From positions 1 to 55,994 of the forward strand of contig JAKAOQ010000001.1 of NCBI GenBank assembly GCA_021812105.1: a DNA stretch of 55,994 nucleotides. Reading direction: 5' to 3'. Both the position numbers and the translations under genes were made by a program. Positions within the stretch are counted from its first letter, which is position 1, and each line of letters begins with the position of its first letter. The notes below the pieces were generated by a model. It did not search any database and had not been told where the DNA came from. It saw only the letters and a program-made list of their open reading frames with translations. Shown here in pieces: positions 17,517-26,928 of this stretch. Source of the stretch: Candidatus Micrarchaeota archaeon (GTDB lineage: Archaea; Micrarchaeota; Micrarchaeia; Micrarchaeales; Micrarchaeaceae).

Positions 17517-18422
17517 ATGGTAGAATTGAGTGTAATAGTTGCGACCAAAAATGAGGACAACGGTCCGCACATAATAAGGGAACTCCAGAAGGCTTTCGGG
17601 GGCGATCTAGAGATAATAGTAGTGGACAAGAGTTCTCCAAAATACAGAAAGGTGCTTGAGGATACAGGAGTAAAAGTAGTGGAACAGCGTTCGGACGGCT
17701 ACGAGAACGCGGTCATGGAAGGCTTTGCGCTGGCTAGCGGGAGCATACTCGCGAACATAGACGCGGACGGCACACATTCTGTCAAAGACTTCAAGCGTGT
17801 TGTTGATGAACTTAAGCGCGTAAGAAGCCAGGGGTACGGCTTGGTTACGGGCAACAGGTACGGCAACATGTCAAAGGACGCGATGCCGGGCCACATAAGG
17901 TTTGGCAACGCTTTCCTGACCAAGCTTTTCAACCTGCTGTACAGGCAGAAGATGCACGACGTTATGAGCGGAGACGTGGTCATGACAAGAGAAGCATACG
18001 AAGAGATAAAGTATGTGCCACCGTATCGCGCCGGTTGCCTCTTCTTTGAGATAGAGCTGCTGAGGCGCGGTTTCAGGATAAGGGACATACCAATAAGCTA
18101 CAGAGCCAGGCAGGGCACGGAGTCAAAGATATCCAGAGTGAAGCCGATATATGGCCTCACCATAGCTTACAACGCGATAAGATATACCAGGGACTACAAC
18201 CCGCTGCTGCTGTTCGGTACAATCGGAATAGTACTCATAATAGGTGGGCTTGTGATAACTGGAATACTACTATCGTACCTGCTGCAGACTGGTAATCTTC
18301 TAGGTGTCGGAAGGGCTTTGATAGCTTTCATGCTATTCACGTTTGGATTCCTCTCAATAATCGCGGGGCTCATTCTCGACCTGCTTTTGGAGATAGAAAA
18401 GAAGCTGTACAGGAGGAAATAG
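17517..18422 (+). CDS. GT2 glycosyltransferase (Dol-P-Man synthase-like) with two C-terminal TM helices
   Basis: SVIVATKNE, IIVVD, IDADGTH, PISYRARQG. Confidence 0.88.
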   Translation: MVELSVIVATKNEDNGPHIIRELQKAFGGDLEIIVVDKSSPKYRKVLEDTGVKVVEQRSDGYENAVMEGFALASGSILANIDADGTHSVKDFKRVVDELKRVRSQGYGLVTGNRYGNMSKDAMPGHIRFGNAFLTKLFNLLYRQKMHDVMSGDVVMTREAYEEIKYVPPYRAGCLFFEIELLRRGFRIRDIPISYRARQGTESKISRVKPIYGLTIAYNAIRYTRDYNPLLLFGTIGIVLIIGGLVITGILLSYLLQTGNLLGVGRALIAFMLFTFGFLSIIAGLILDLLLEIEKKLYRRK

Positions 18423-18435
18423 GCGCTGAGCTTCG

Positions 18436-19125
18436 CTAAGACAGGCTTACAACGAGTGGACCGGAGAAGTTTGATTCTGGTGCCTTTATGTATATGGAGA
18501 GCACGAAGCTGCCGGCATCGTTTATTACAAAAGGGAGCTTTGGGTTCGATCCTTCAAACTCGAAGGGTTGGTCAACGTTTATTTTTACTACCTTGGATCC
18601 GTAGTTCAGTATCTTCATAAGCTGCAGATTCTGCTGGAATATATGGTTCTTCGGAACGTTCAGCATGTTGAGCGCGGATTCAGCCTCTACGCTCCTTCCG
18701 TAGCTGTTTACTATCACCTTTGTTATTTCTACATGAACGAACTCCCTGTTCTCCTCCTGGAACTCTAGAGTCAGCGGTCCGGAATAATTGTAGTCAGGGC
18801 CCTCTACGCTTATCTTGAACTCGACTCTCTCCTCGCTAGTTATCCTTCTTGGAATCGAGGGCTCTATCGCAAGGACCCTGAAGGGCTGCGAGGCCTGGAT
18901 TCCGTTGATTACTATCGGCTCGAAGTCGCTCGGTTTTATTATCTCTGCTTCGGTGAGCGAGTTTGCGTATGGCCTGTTCGTGAATGGGACGACCATGCTG
19001 AATATCTTGCCCTCTGCGCTAACCCCCTCTACGGTGTGAATCTCTCCCCTGAACTTGAGGTTGACCGCTGGTATGCTTATCATCTTCTTCTTTTTGAAAA
19101 GTCCTAATTTCATGAACTCACGCAT
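18436..19125 (-). CDS. Hypothetical protein with internal duplication of a beta-rich domain
   Basis: QPF...P..P..I...GPDYNYSGPL is repeated as QPF...PKLP..I...APESNFSGPL. Confidence 0.7.
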   Translation of the reverse strand: MREFMKLGLFKKKKMISIPAVNLKFRGEIHTVEGVSAEGKIFSMVVPFTNRPYANSLTEAEIIKPSDFEPIVINGIQASQPFRVLAIEPSIPRRITSEERVEFKISVEGPDYNYSGPLTLEFQEENREFVHVEITKVIVNSYGRSVEAESALNMLNVPKNHIFQQNLQLMKILNYGSKVVKINVDQPFEFEGSNPKLPFVINDAGSFVLSIYIKAPESNFSGPLVVSLS

Positions 19126-19158
19126 TTTTGCTATGCCACAATTTAAATTGTGTTCACA

Positions 19159-20118
19159 TCAGAACCGCCTAAGCCGTACACCTAAGCTCTTCGAAAGGTT
19201 CTCCAGGTCCTGCGCTACGTAGAAGAAACCCATCCACGCCCAATTCCCCCATCTCTTGAGTCCTTCCCTCTTGACTTTCTCTATCATCGCCCTCGCATTC
19301 TTGGGCTCCTTTCCAAAGAAGAGAAGGCCGAAAACGTCTACCGACCACGCGTCTATCGGAAAACCTCCGTGGGGGTTGATTATGTCGGCCGCGTAGTCTC
19401 CAACCCCGGGCAGTTCCATCAGAGCGCTCTTTGCTTCCTGTAGCGACATAGAGAGTATCTGCTCGGAAGTTGGAAAACCCTTGACTATCATCTGCGCCGA
19501 TCGTATGAGATATTTCGCCCTGTATCCCAGATTGCACTCCTTTGCGAACGCCCCCGCTTTCAGACCTGCGATCCTCTCCGCCGACGGCTCTACCCTTATC
19601 ATTTTTCCGTCGAACGCGACCGGATCCCCATAGTGTTCGTTTATACTCTCGATCATCTTGTTGCTCCTGTCCAATCGTGCCATCTGCAGGCATATGCTGA
19701 GCACAACGGAATTGTAGAGGTAGCTCGTCTGTGTGTCGTGCATTCCATACAGGTCCTTTACCGTAATCTTCAATATGTCGTCCTTCTTCGCCATCGCATA
19801 AAAGCTCTCGAGGTCTTGGTCGGCTCCTATCATCGTCTTGAGATGTTTCACCATCCATTTCCTATCGGCAGCCGCGACTTTTGATTTTGTGAAAACGGAA
19901 ACGCGAACGCGCGGGTCGTCTATGGTACCAAGGGATTCCATCCTTATCCCTGCCATGATGCCCTTCAGCCTCGTGGCCGTCCAAAAGGTCTTTCCTTCGA
20001 GTATCTCTCCTGCGTTGAACAGGTTCCAACCAACTGGCTTCTTTACCGTTAGCTCGAAGTCGAACGGCGGGACCGGCTGCAGATAGAATTGGAAACTCTG
20101 GCCTAGGCTTATGGTCAT
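19159..20118 (-). CDS. HhH-GPD DNA glycosylase (AlkA/OGG-like with N-terminal domain)
   Basis: PFDFELT, LGYRAKYL, HhH motif LMELPGVGDYAADI, FPIDAW. Confidence 0.85.
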   Translation of the reverse strand: MTISLGQSFQFYLQPVPPFDFELTVKKPVGWNLFNAGEILEGKTFWTATRLKGIMAGIRMESLGTIDDPRVRVSVFTKSKVAAADRKWMVKHLKTMIGADQDLESFYAMAKKDDILKITVKDLYGMHDTQTSYLYNSVVLSICLQMARLDRSNKMIESINEHYGDPVAFDGKMIRVEPSAERIAGLKAGAFAKECNLGYRAKYLIRSAQMIVKGFPTSEQILSMSLQEAKSALMELPGVGDYAADIINPHGGFPIDAWSVDVFGLLFFGKEPKNARAMIEKVKREGLKRWGNWAWMGFFYVAQDLENLSKSLGVRLRRF

Positions 20119-20122
20119 CTCT

Positions 20123-21346
20123 TCACTCCGTTCTGCCGAAACGCCGTATCGCATGCCTGTCGTACCTGTTGATCTTCCTCATGTCTATACCGTCTACGGC
20201 TCTTATGTTGGCGGGTATACCAAAACTTTCCGAATACACGCCATTGCTGTAAAGTAGCGAAAGGTCTGTATGGCCCTTTATTGAGGAAAGCAAAAATCTT
20301 TTAACATTGACCAGGCTGGCGTAACCGTTGTTATACTTTCTGCCGCCCTCTTCCGCTCCTATAACGGCCATAGGTATTCGCACTATTGAATCGTAGAGCA
20401 TCGTGCCATGACCTATGAATCCCTGTTCGTTGAATGCCTGTCCGTGATCGCTTGTTATGATTATGGTCTGATCTCCGTAGTTGTCGAGCAGGTGTTTCGA
20501 TATTCTGAGCGCGTAGTCGTAGGCCATCCTCGAAGCCCGGGAGTACTTCCGCTTCCATAGCTCCAATAGCTCGGGATTGATCTTCTTCCTCATAAACGAT
20601 GTAGACCACGTCAGGTCGAGGCCTTTTTTCCCTATGTAAGGATCGTGCGCTTCCATCAGGTTTATGAACATGAAGAATGGTTTTCTCATCTCGGTGCTGC
20701 GGACTCTAGACGCTATGTACCTGCCGCCTTTCTCCAGGGGCCATCCCTGCAGCTTGGCCTTTGATTTCTTTAGAAGGGACAGCGCAGAAAACACGGTTCC
20801 CGAGGCTATCAGCTCCATGAGCAGGGGCGGATCGTTGGACGCGGCCTTGAGAACGCGCAACCCGTCGCTTATCGAGTCCATGAAAGAGCGGTAGCCTACC
20901 GCGCTCCTGTCGGCTTTGTGCTCCTCTACGAACCTCTTGAGCTTCTTTGACACTTCGAGCGTGCTACCGTAGACGTCCGTGTAGTACGATTCCTCGTGGA
21001 AGTGCTTGAATTCGTTGAACCCGTATATAGGATGCACGTACGGGTTCGCCGATATGGCGTACGTATCAAAGCCCATCCGGTTGAGATCACTCACGAAGGT
21101 CTTCTTCTTCAACTTTATCTCATTTATGTCGAAAGACTTCACATACTTGGTTTCATGGGACCCGTGCTCTCCCGGATAGAGCCCTGTGAAAAGCGATGCG
21201 TGAGACGGTAGCGTCCACGCGGATGGAGCTATACAGTTTTCGATAAACTTCGCGCCAAGTTTCTCAAAGCCGTGCAGGCTGCTTTCTATAGAATTGAATT
21301 CATCAAGACGCATCGTATCCATTACTATTATTGTGAAACTCCTCAT
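20123..21346 (-). CDS. Sulfatase-like/alkaline-phosphatase superfamily hydrolase or transferase
   Basis: IVMDTMR, WTLPSHASLFTG, NLMEAHDPY, ITSDHG, GHG. Confidence 0.85.
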   Translation of the reverse strand: MRSFTIIVMDTMRLDEFNSIESSLHGFEKLGAKFIENCIAPSAWTLPSHASLFTGLYPGEHGSHETKYVKSFDINEIKLKKKTFVSDLNRMGFDTYAISANPYVHPIYGFNEFKHFHEESYYTDVYGSTLEVSKKLKRFVEEHKADRSAVGYRSFMDSISDGLRVLKAASNDPPLLMELIASGTVFSALSLLKKSKAKLQGWPLEKGGRYIASRVRSTEMRKPFFMFINLMEAHDPYIGKKGLDLTWSTSFMRKKINPELLELWKRKYSRASRMAYDYALRISKHLLDNYGDQTIIITSDHGQAFNEQGFIGHGTMLYDSIVRIPMAVIGAEEGGRKYNNGYASLVNVKRFLLSSIKGHTDLSLLYSNGVYSESFGIPANIRAVDGIDMRKINRYDRHAIRRFGRTE

Positions 21347-21359
21347 ATACGCACCATAT

Positions 21360-22571
21360 TTAATCTACGATCTCCCTGAAAAGCTTTGCGTAACTGGAAA
21401 GCATATTACTCTTGCTGAACCTAAACGCTATCTTGCTCGAAGAGATAACTGTGTTCTTCATGGTGTTTTTGTCCTTGGCCAGAAGCAGTATCTTGCTCGC
21501 CAGATCGCCCGGATCATGAGTCTTGAACGTCATGGCTCCAGTAAATTTTATGTCATCTATGAGCGCATTCTCCGAGAACAGTATCGGTATGCCGTGAGCC
21601 GAGGCTTCAAGCATTGTAAGGTTGAAACTCTCCCACACCGAAGGCACTACGAACAGATTCGCCGCTTTGTAGAAGCACGGCAGCTCTTTTTCGTCAACTT
21701 CCCCCACGAACTTTATCCTGCCATCATTGCCAGCCAGGTTCTTGTAGTACTCGAGGGATTGTCCGTTCCCTACAAGGAGAAGCTTGAAGTTATTGTCATA
21801 TATCCTGTTGAATGCTTTTATCAGCACGCTTACGTTCTTCTGCCTTTCAAACATCCTTCCCAAGTATAGTACAACGAAATCGCCTTCTTTTATGTCCGCG
21901 GCGCTCCTGATTTCTTCAAGCGTCTTGTTGCTCTGGCACTTTCCTTTGTCCAGTCCATTGGGTATGTATTCTACGTTGCTGTTGTAGCGCTTTAGCATGG
22001 ATAACTGCGCCTTATTTAGCGCCACGCACGCATCAAAAAATCCGAAGAACTTCTTCTTGGCGGATTCCAGACTCATGGCGGTTAGCCCTGTGCCGAGCGT
22101 TACGGCGAGTCCCTCCTTGCTGAAATATCCAGAAACGTTGCTGTTAGATATTGAAGCATGGTCTATGTAAACGCTCTTGAACGTCATGTTACTTCTTAGG
22201 AACCTAAGGATAGGAAAGTCCCATACCGAGTTTGACACTATTATGTCGGGCTTTATTTTCCTTACGCGTTCTAGTATCTCACGCTTGTCCATACCCAAAT
22301 CTAGCATGTTCCTTCCGAGCAGAAAGAAATATCCAGCGCGCATAATCCAGTTCTCTGTCAGGCCGCTTGATTTCAATTCAGGTCTGAGCCATGGCTTGGA
22401 TCTGCTTAGCATTATCGTGTTCCTGCCCTTCTTAAGGTACGAGGTTTCATATCCTAGATAGTACATGTTAAACTGGTTCTTTAGATCCCTGAAGAGAACG
22501 CTAGCCACTCTTGGAACCCCCCCTACAGCGTGGGTCCTTGAACCGAAATCCATTATCATAACTTTGGTCAT
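21360..22571 (-). CDS. GT4 glycosyltransferase
   Basis: YIPNG, YLGRMFERQKN, PSVWESFNLTMLEA. Confidence 0.9.
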   Translation of the reverse strand: MTKVMIMDFGSRTHAVGGVPRVASVLFRDLKNQFNMYYLGYETSYLKKGRNTIMLSRSKPWLRPELKSSGLTENWIMRAGYFFLLGRNMLDLGMDKREILERVRKIKPDIIVSNSVWDFPILRFLRSNMTFKSVYIDHASISNSNVSGYFSKEGLAVTLGTGLTAMSLESAKKKFFGFFDACVALNKAQLSMLKRYNSNVEYIPNGLDKGKCQSNKTLEEIRSAADIKEGDFVVLYLGRMFERQKNVSVLIKAFNRIYDNNFKLLLVGNGQSLEYYKNLAGNDGRIKFVGEVDEKELPCFYKAANLFVVPSVWESFNLTMLEASAHGIPILFSENALIDDIKFTGAMTFKTHDPGDLASKILLLAKDKNTMKNTVISSSKIAFRFSKSNMLSSYAKLFREIVD

Positions 22572-22582
22572 ACGCGGTCACA

Positions 22583-23551
22583 TCACTCTATGCGCTTGCA
22601 GTGAAGCACATTCAGGATCATGTTCTCATTTCCATACCTTATGTTTATCGGCAACTTGGGCACGCTCTTCTTCACGTCAAAACCGCAGCCCTTTAGCCTT
22701 CTGACTATATTGAGATAACCGTGGTGGGCTTCTATCGCCATTTCGGTGAATGCGTTCAGAGTTGCATCGTCAGAATCAAGTATTATGCCGTACTCGCACC
22801 CCTCGCAGTCAAGCTTCAGCGCTGCACCATCCAGACCAAAGCGTTCCACTATCTCTGACAACCGCGATACTTTTACCTTTTTGCCCTTTCTGGAAGATCT
22901 CAGTGCACTGCTTCCATGGCTTTCGTAATCCTCCGATACGCTTATATATGAAGACACGCCACCGCAACCCTCGTTGATAGGCGTTATCTTGCTCCCAAGC
23001 CCGTTAGACCTGATGTTCTTGAGAAGTAGTTTGTATGAGTACGGGAACGGCTCAAAAGCGTAAACGTGCTTTGCGCCGTTGAGCGCAAAATATATCGCCG
23101 TGTCACCTATGTTCGCCCCAACATCTATTACGACCTTGCCCCTTACGTCGAGCATCCCGTATTGCTCCTCGTAGAAATTCTCTCTGATTAACCTTAGTAT
23201 GTTGCCTCTCTGCAGCTTTGATGACGCGGTGAATCTTAGTCGCCTACCTCTAAACGTAAAAGCTACCCCTCTTGGATCGCTCCTTATGTTAAGTTTCCTG
23301 TATGCGCTGCTTGCGATGAGCGGATTCTCGTTGAAGAAATTCACAAATTCGGCTTTGCTGTTTATTATACTGTTTTTGCCGTTCCTGGGCCTGAGCACTA
23401 CATGCCTCTTCAGTCCGAACCTGAAAAGCAGAACGTCGTACCAGTTTGAGACAGTGAACAGCACCTTGTATGTGCCCAAAAAGTCCAGAGGCTTGCGTAG
23501 GTAAACTAGTATATTGTCCGCGAATGATATGTTTTTGTACACGCAATACAC
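22583..23551 (-). CDS. FkbM-family methyltransferase
   Basis: VIDVGANIGD, YAFEP, LKLDCEGCE. GTG start uncertain. Confidence 0.88.
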   Translation of the reverse strand: MYCVYKNISFADNILVYLRKPLDFLGTYKVLFTVSNWYDVLLFRFGLKRHVVLRPRNGKNSIINSKAEFVNFFNENPLIASSAYRKLNIRSDPRGVAFTFRGRRLRFTASSKLQRGNILRLIRENFYEEQYGMLDVRGKVVIDVGANIGDTAIYFALNGAKHVYAFEPFPYSYKLLLKNIRSNGLGSKITPINEGCGGVSSYISVSEDYESHGSSALRSSRKGKKVKVSRLSEIVERFGLDGAALKLDCEGCEYGIILDSDDATLNAFTEMAIEAHHGYLNIVRRLKGCGFDVKKSVPKLPINIRYGNENMILNVLHCKRIE

Positions 23552-23680
23552 GATGCACTGTCTTTGTGCTCTGACTTGTCATTATGCCTTAATAATCTTT
23601 TCTGTGCCTCGACTATGCTTTTAACGTAGTCTGAGGAAACCAATAAATATTATTAAAATAAAGGTGTTTTTAGTGATGGT

Positions 23681-24196
23681 ATGACATTTCAAACCATAAC
23701 TGATGACAGTAACAAGGAGTATTCGTATAAAAGGCTAAGGGTAGAAATCGGTAGAGAGGGGGTGAGCGCTCTCCACAGAGGACTGGGACACGAGAAATAC
23801 CGCACGGTTTTTACAATAAGAAAGACTGAGGACGGTACACTATACAGCGATGTAAACGGCACCAAATTGTATCTGGATTCCGCGAAACTACCTACCAGCA
23901 TAGAATCGGTAGTACAGACCATGTCCAGCTTAAAATACAGGATCGACGATCTGATAAAGAAGGAGATAGAAGCTGATTTGAAAAGAACGAGCTATACAGA
24001 GAGGTACATAAATGCAATAAGCTCTGGTATAATAGCTTTTCCCGGCTACGCATATGATCCGGAACCGGCCGCGGTGTCGTATTATCGGGAGAGTATAAAA
24101 CTGCTTAATTCCGGAATAGAAACTCTCAGCAAGGGAGAGCTGGCACACGATCCAAGGCTAGAAGCATTCTTCCTGCGCGGTACAAGAAAACAGTAA
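23681..24196 (+). CDS. Hypothetical protein
   Basis: 171-aa ORF with upstream AT-rich TATA-like region; no motif recognised. Confidence 0.65.
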   Translation: MTFQTITDDSNKEYSYKRLRVEIGREGVSALHRGLGHEKYRTVFTIRKTEDGTLYSDVNGTKLYLDSAKLPTSIESVVQTMSSLKYRIDDLIKKEIEADLKRTSYTERYINAISSGIIAFPGYAYDPEPAAVSYYRESIKLLNSGIETLSKGELAHDPRLEAFFLRGTRKQ

Positions 24197-24282
24197 CAGC
24201 GTTCACACCATAACCGCGGCTTTATCGGTGCACAAACGTTAAAAGCGTTCGTAGGTAAAAATACCAGTTCTGGTTGTTGGCT

Positions 24283-24936
24283 ATGGAGGTTAGCGGTATC
24301 GGTGCAATAACAGATCGGAAACTTTGGGATAGAGGAATCGCGTATCTTAGGAGGCGTGACAGGAAGCTGGCACGGATTCTGACTAAAGAGAGTTACCATG
24401 ACGTGAAGTTGGACGGCGATTATTACGGTGCACTCGTGGAATCGATAGTATATCAACAGATAGCTGGTAACGCTGCGGAGTCTATAATGAAGAAGTTTAA
24501 AGGGTTATACAAAGGCAGGATACCGAAGCCGTCTGAATTTCTCAGTACGGAAGAGCACTTAGTAAAGAGATCTGGAATCTCTCCGCAAAAATACTCGTAT
24601 ATAAAGGACCTTAGCGAGAGGTTGGAGAAGGGGTTGGTTGAACTGGAGAAGCTGAACTCGCTTCCTGACGCAAAAGTTATAGAAAAGCTGGACGCGGTTA
24701 AGGGTATAGGTCGGTGGACTGCAGAGATGTTTTTGATTTTCAGTCTCGGAAGAACAGATGTTCTACCTATGGATGATCTTGGTATAAGGAAAGCGGTGAA
24801 GAGTGCATACAACCTTAGAGAGTTGCCCGATGCCAAGAAGCTTACGCGACTCTCTAAGAACTGGCACCCGTACTGCACGATCGCGACTCTCTGCCTGTGG
24901 AGAAGCCACGACGTTGTAACGCAGGGGAAGAAATGA
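24283..24936 (+). CDS. alkA: DNA-3-methyladenine glycosylase II (AlkA family)
   Basis: LVESIVYQQI, GISPQK, KGIGRWTAEMFLIFSLGRTDVLPMDDLG, WHPY. Confidence 0.88.
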   Translation: MEVSGIGAITDRKLWDRGIAYLRRRDRKLARILTKESYHDVKLDGDYYGALVESIVYQQIAGNAAESIMKKFKGLYKGRIPKPSEFLSTEEHLVKRSGISPQKYSYIKDLSERLEKGLVELEKLNSLPDAKVIEKLDAVKGIGRWTAEMFLIFSLGRTDVLPMDDLGIRKAVKSAYNLRELPDAKKLTRLSKNWHPYCTIATLCLWRSHDVVTQGKK

Positions 24937-24975
24937 TACCACAAAGGGCGGGCGCGGCGCTTCCGTTACGTCAAT

Positions 24976-25572
24976 TCAATAAGTGTCAAGCTTGCGCAGA
25001 TACGTGTTGTAGTCTGTTTTGGCAATCCCTGTTTTAGAGCCTGTAATTTCTCTTACAATATCTGTAATCTCCTTCGCGGCTATATTGTGCTTGTGAGCAT
25101 ATTCAGCTGCAGAGTCCACGTCACCGCTCCTTAGATAGACCTTGAATTGCTCCCTGCTCATATCGCGGCTGGGGGCAAGATTAAATATAGACATTGCAAG
25201 CTCACCCGCTCGCGTGTAGCCCTTCGCATAGAGGACGTTGATTCCTTTTGCCTCGGCCTCTTTGCGTTTCTCATCGGCTAAAGTGAGGGGTTCGGTAGGA
25301 AACGCGTTATCTAATTTCTGTGCATAGTCAATCAATCCGTATTCAATGCAGCGTTCTATGGCTTCGTTGACGCGATCGCTGTCAAAGTTCAGTCCTCTTA
25401 ACCTTTTTGCTCCATCGGCCAGGACAATCGCTTCCGAGATTATGTTGTCTATTTTCTTTGTCAGGTAGGGTTCATGCAAGTATGCTGCTAACCCTTCCAT
25501 TTTAGTTTTTATTATAAGCCGTTTTGCTTCTTCCTCGCTTAAAGTAGCCGTGCTGTCTTTAGGTACCATCAA
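24976..25572 (-). CDS. Hypothetical helical protein
   Basis: 198-aa ORF with GGAGGTGA SD upstream; no motif recognised. Confidence 0.65.
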   Translation of the reverse strand: MMVPKDSTATLSEEEAKRLIIKTKMEGLAAYLHEPYLTKKIDNIISEAIVLADGAKRLRGLNFDSDRVNEAIERCIEYGLIDYAQKLDNAFPTEPLTLADEKRKEAEAKGINVLYAKGYTRAGELAMSIFNLAPSRDMSREQFKVYLRSGDVDSAAEYAHKHNIAAKEITDIVREITGSKTGIAKTDYNTYLRKLDTY

Positions 25573-25665
25573 GTCACCTCCACAGGTATAGATGCGTTTA
25601 GATATATAAATTTTACCAACATTGAGACTGCGTAACAGTCAAAAAGAAGTTAGTTTACTGTTCAG

Positions 25666-26856
25666 TCATTCGTAGATTCTCCTCCACATTCTTTTGGCTA
25701 GCTCACCGCTATACATAAATTTATCAAGCATTTCCGGGCTCTTTTCCCTTCTCCTCCTGTGCTCCCCAAGGAATCCGTTCAATTTCTCGGCGAGTACCTT
25801 TTTCACCTCTCCGGTCAACATCTTTCCTGAAGAGTATTCGCTCCTTATCCTTTCTACCTCGCTATCATCATCATCGAATAAGTAGTATAACCACTGAAAT
25901 GGCACGTCAACATCGACGTTCGCACCAAGCCTTCTTTGTTCCTCAACGGTGCTCTGCCCTCCCGAAAAGGCGTATTTCATGATCTTGTTCTCCACGATCT
26001 CTGGCGGGTCAGTTAGGTACACCGCGGAGTCCGCGGTTGATGAGCTCATCTTACCTTCAATCCCACTTAATGGAGGAAGGAATTTGCTGTGTATCTCAGC
26101 CGCCTTGTAGTATCCCAGCGACTCCGCTAGGTCTCTTTGAAGTCTCCAGTAGGGGTCTTGGTCTATCGCAGCTGGTATAAGGCACCGTTTATTCTCAAAC
26201 ATGGTAGGAACGATCTGTATCGCCGGATAGAATATCATGCCGATGTTTGTCGAAGGATCGAAGCCAAAAGTGGATCTGACCTGGGAGAAGTTGATTTTCT
26301 TCGCTATTTTGGTAACTAGAGGGTAGATATTCTTTATGTATTCAGAGTCCTTGAATATGAACGTCTTGTCCGGGTCAAATCCGACCGCTACTATGTCGAG
26401 GATATTCTGACGAGCCGCCTCGCCTACCTGCTCAATTGTGTAATCTGAATTTCTCATGAACTTTTCGTCATCGGTAATCTCTATGTACAGGTTGACCCCG
26501 AACACGTCCTGCAGCCATTTCGTGAATACGAATGGTGCGAGGTGGCCGATGTGCATCCCGAGAGAAGGCCCCCGGCCCGTATAGAGGAAGAATCCCTTTC
26601 CGTCCCTGTAATCCTTCAATACTAGATCAAGATCTCTGTGGGAAAAAAATATATCACGCCGCAGCATAACATGAAGTTTTCCATCTGCTATTTTCTCCAT
26701 GTCTCTTTTTATAGCGCTGCTTATCCTCTGTGTACCGAAGCGCTTTATCAGTTTGTCGTAGTCGACCTTGCCGGTCACTTCCCACGGTGTAACCTTGAAA
26801 TCCGAATCCTCGGTTTTCCCTGGTTTAGCTTCCGCGTCTCCGGGCTTGGTATCCAT
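25666..26856 (-). CDS. trpS: Tryptophan--tRNA ligase
   Basis: VTPWEV, YTGRGPS, HIGH, IDQDPY, KMSSS, AFSGG. Confidence 0.96.
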   Translation of the reverse strand: MDTKPGDAEAKPGKTEDSDFKVTPWEVTGKVDYDKLIKRFGTQRISSAIKRDMEKIADGKLHVMLRRDIFFSHRDLDLVLKDYRDGKGFFLYTGRGPSLGMHIGHLAPFVFTKWLQDVFGVNLYIEITDDEKFMRNSDYTIEQVGEAARQNILDIVAVGFDPDKTFIFKDSEYIKNIYPLVTKIAKKINFSQVRSTFGFDPSTNIGMIFYPAIQIVPTMFENKRCLIPAAIDQDPYWRLQRDLAESLGYYKAAEIHSKFLPPLSGIEGKMSSSTADSAVYLTDPPEIVENKIMKYAFSGGQSTVEEQRRLGANVDVDVPFQWLYYLFDDDDSEVERIRSEYSSGKMLTGEVKKVLAEKLNGFLGEHRRRREKSPEMLDKFMYSGELAKRMWRRIYE

Positions 26857-26928
26857 AGTATCTGCTTATCAATTTGAATATGACAACACATTTAACAATT
26901 GCGCACAACGATGCCGGTTATCCCGACT

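Noticed and set aside
23289..23582. Alternative ATG ORF suggesting a frameshifted FkbM start
   Set aside because: The FkbM frame has usable GTG starts and there is no slippery site or homology evidence.
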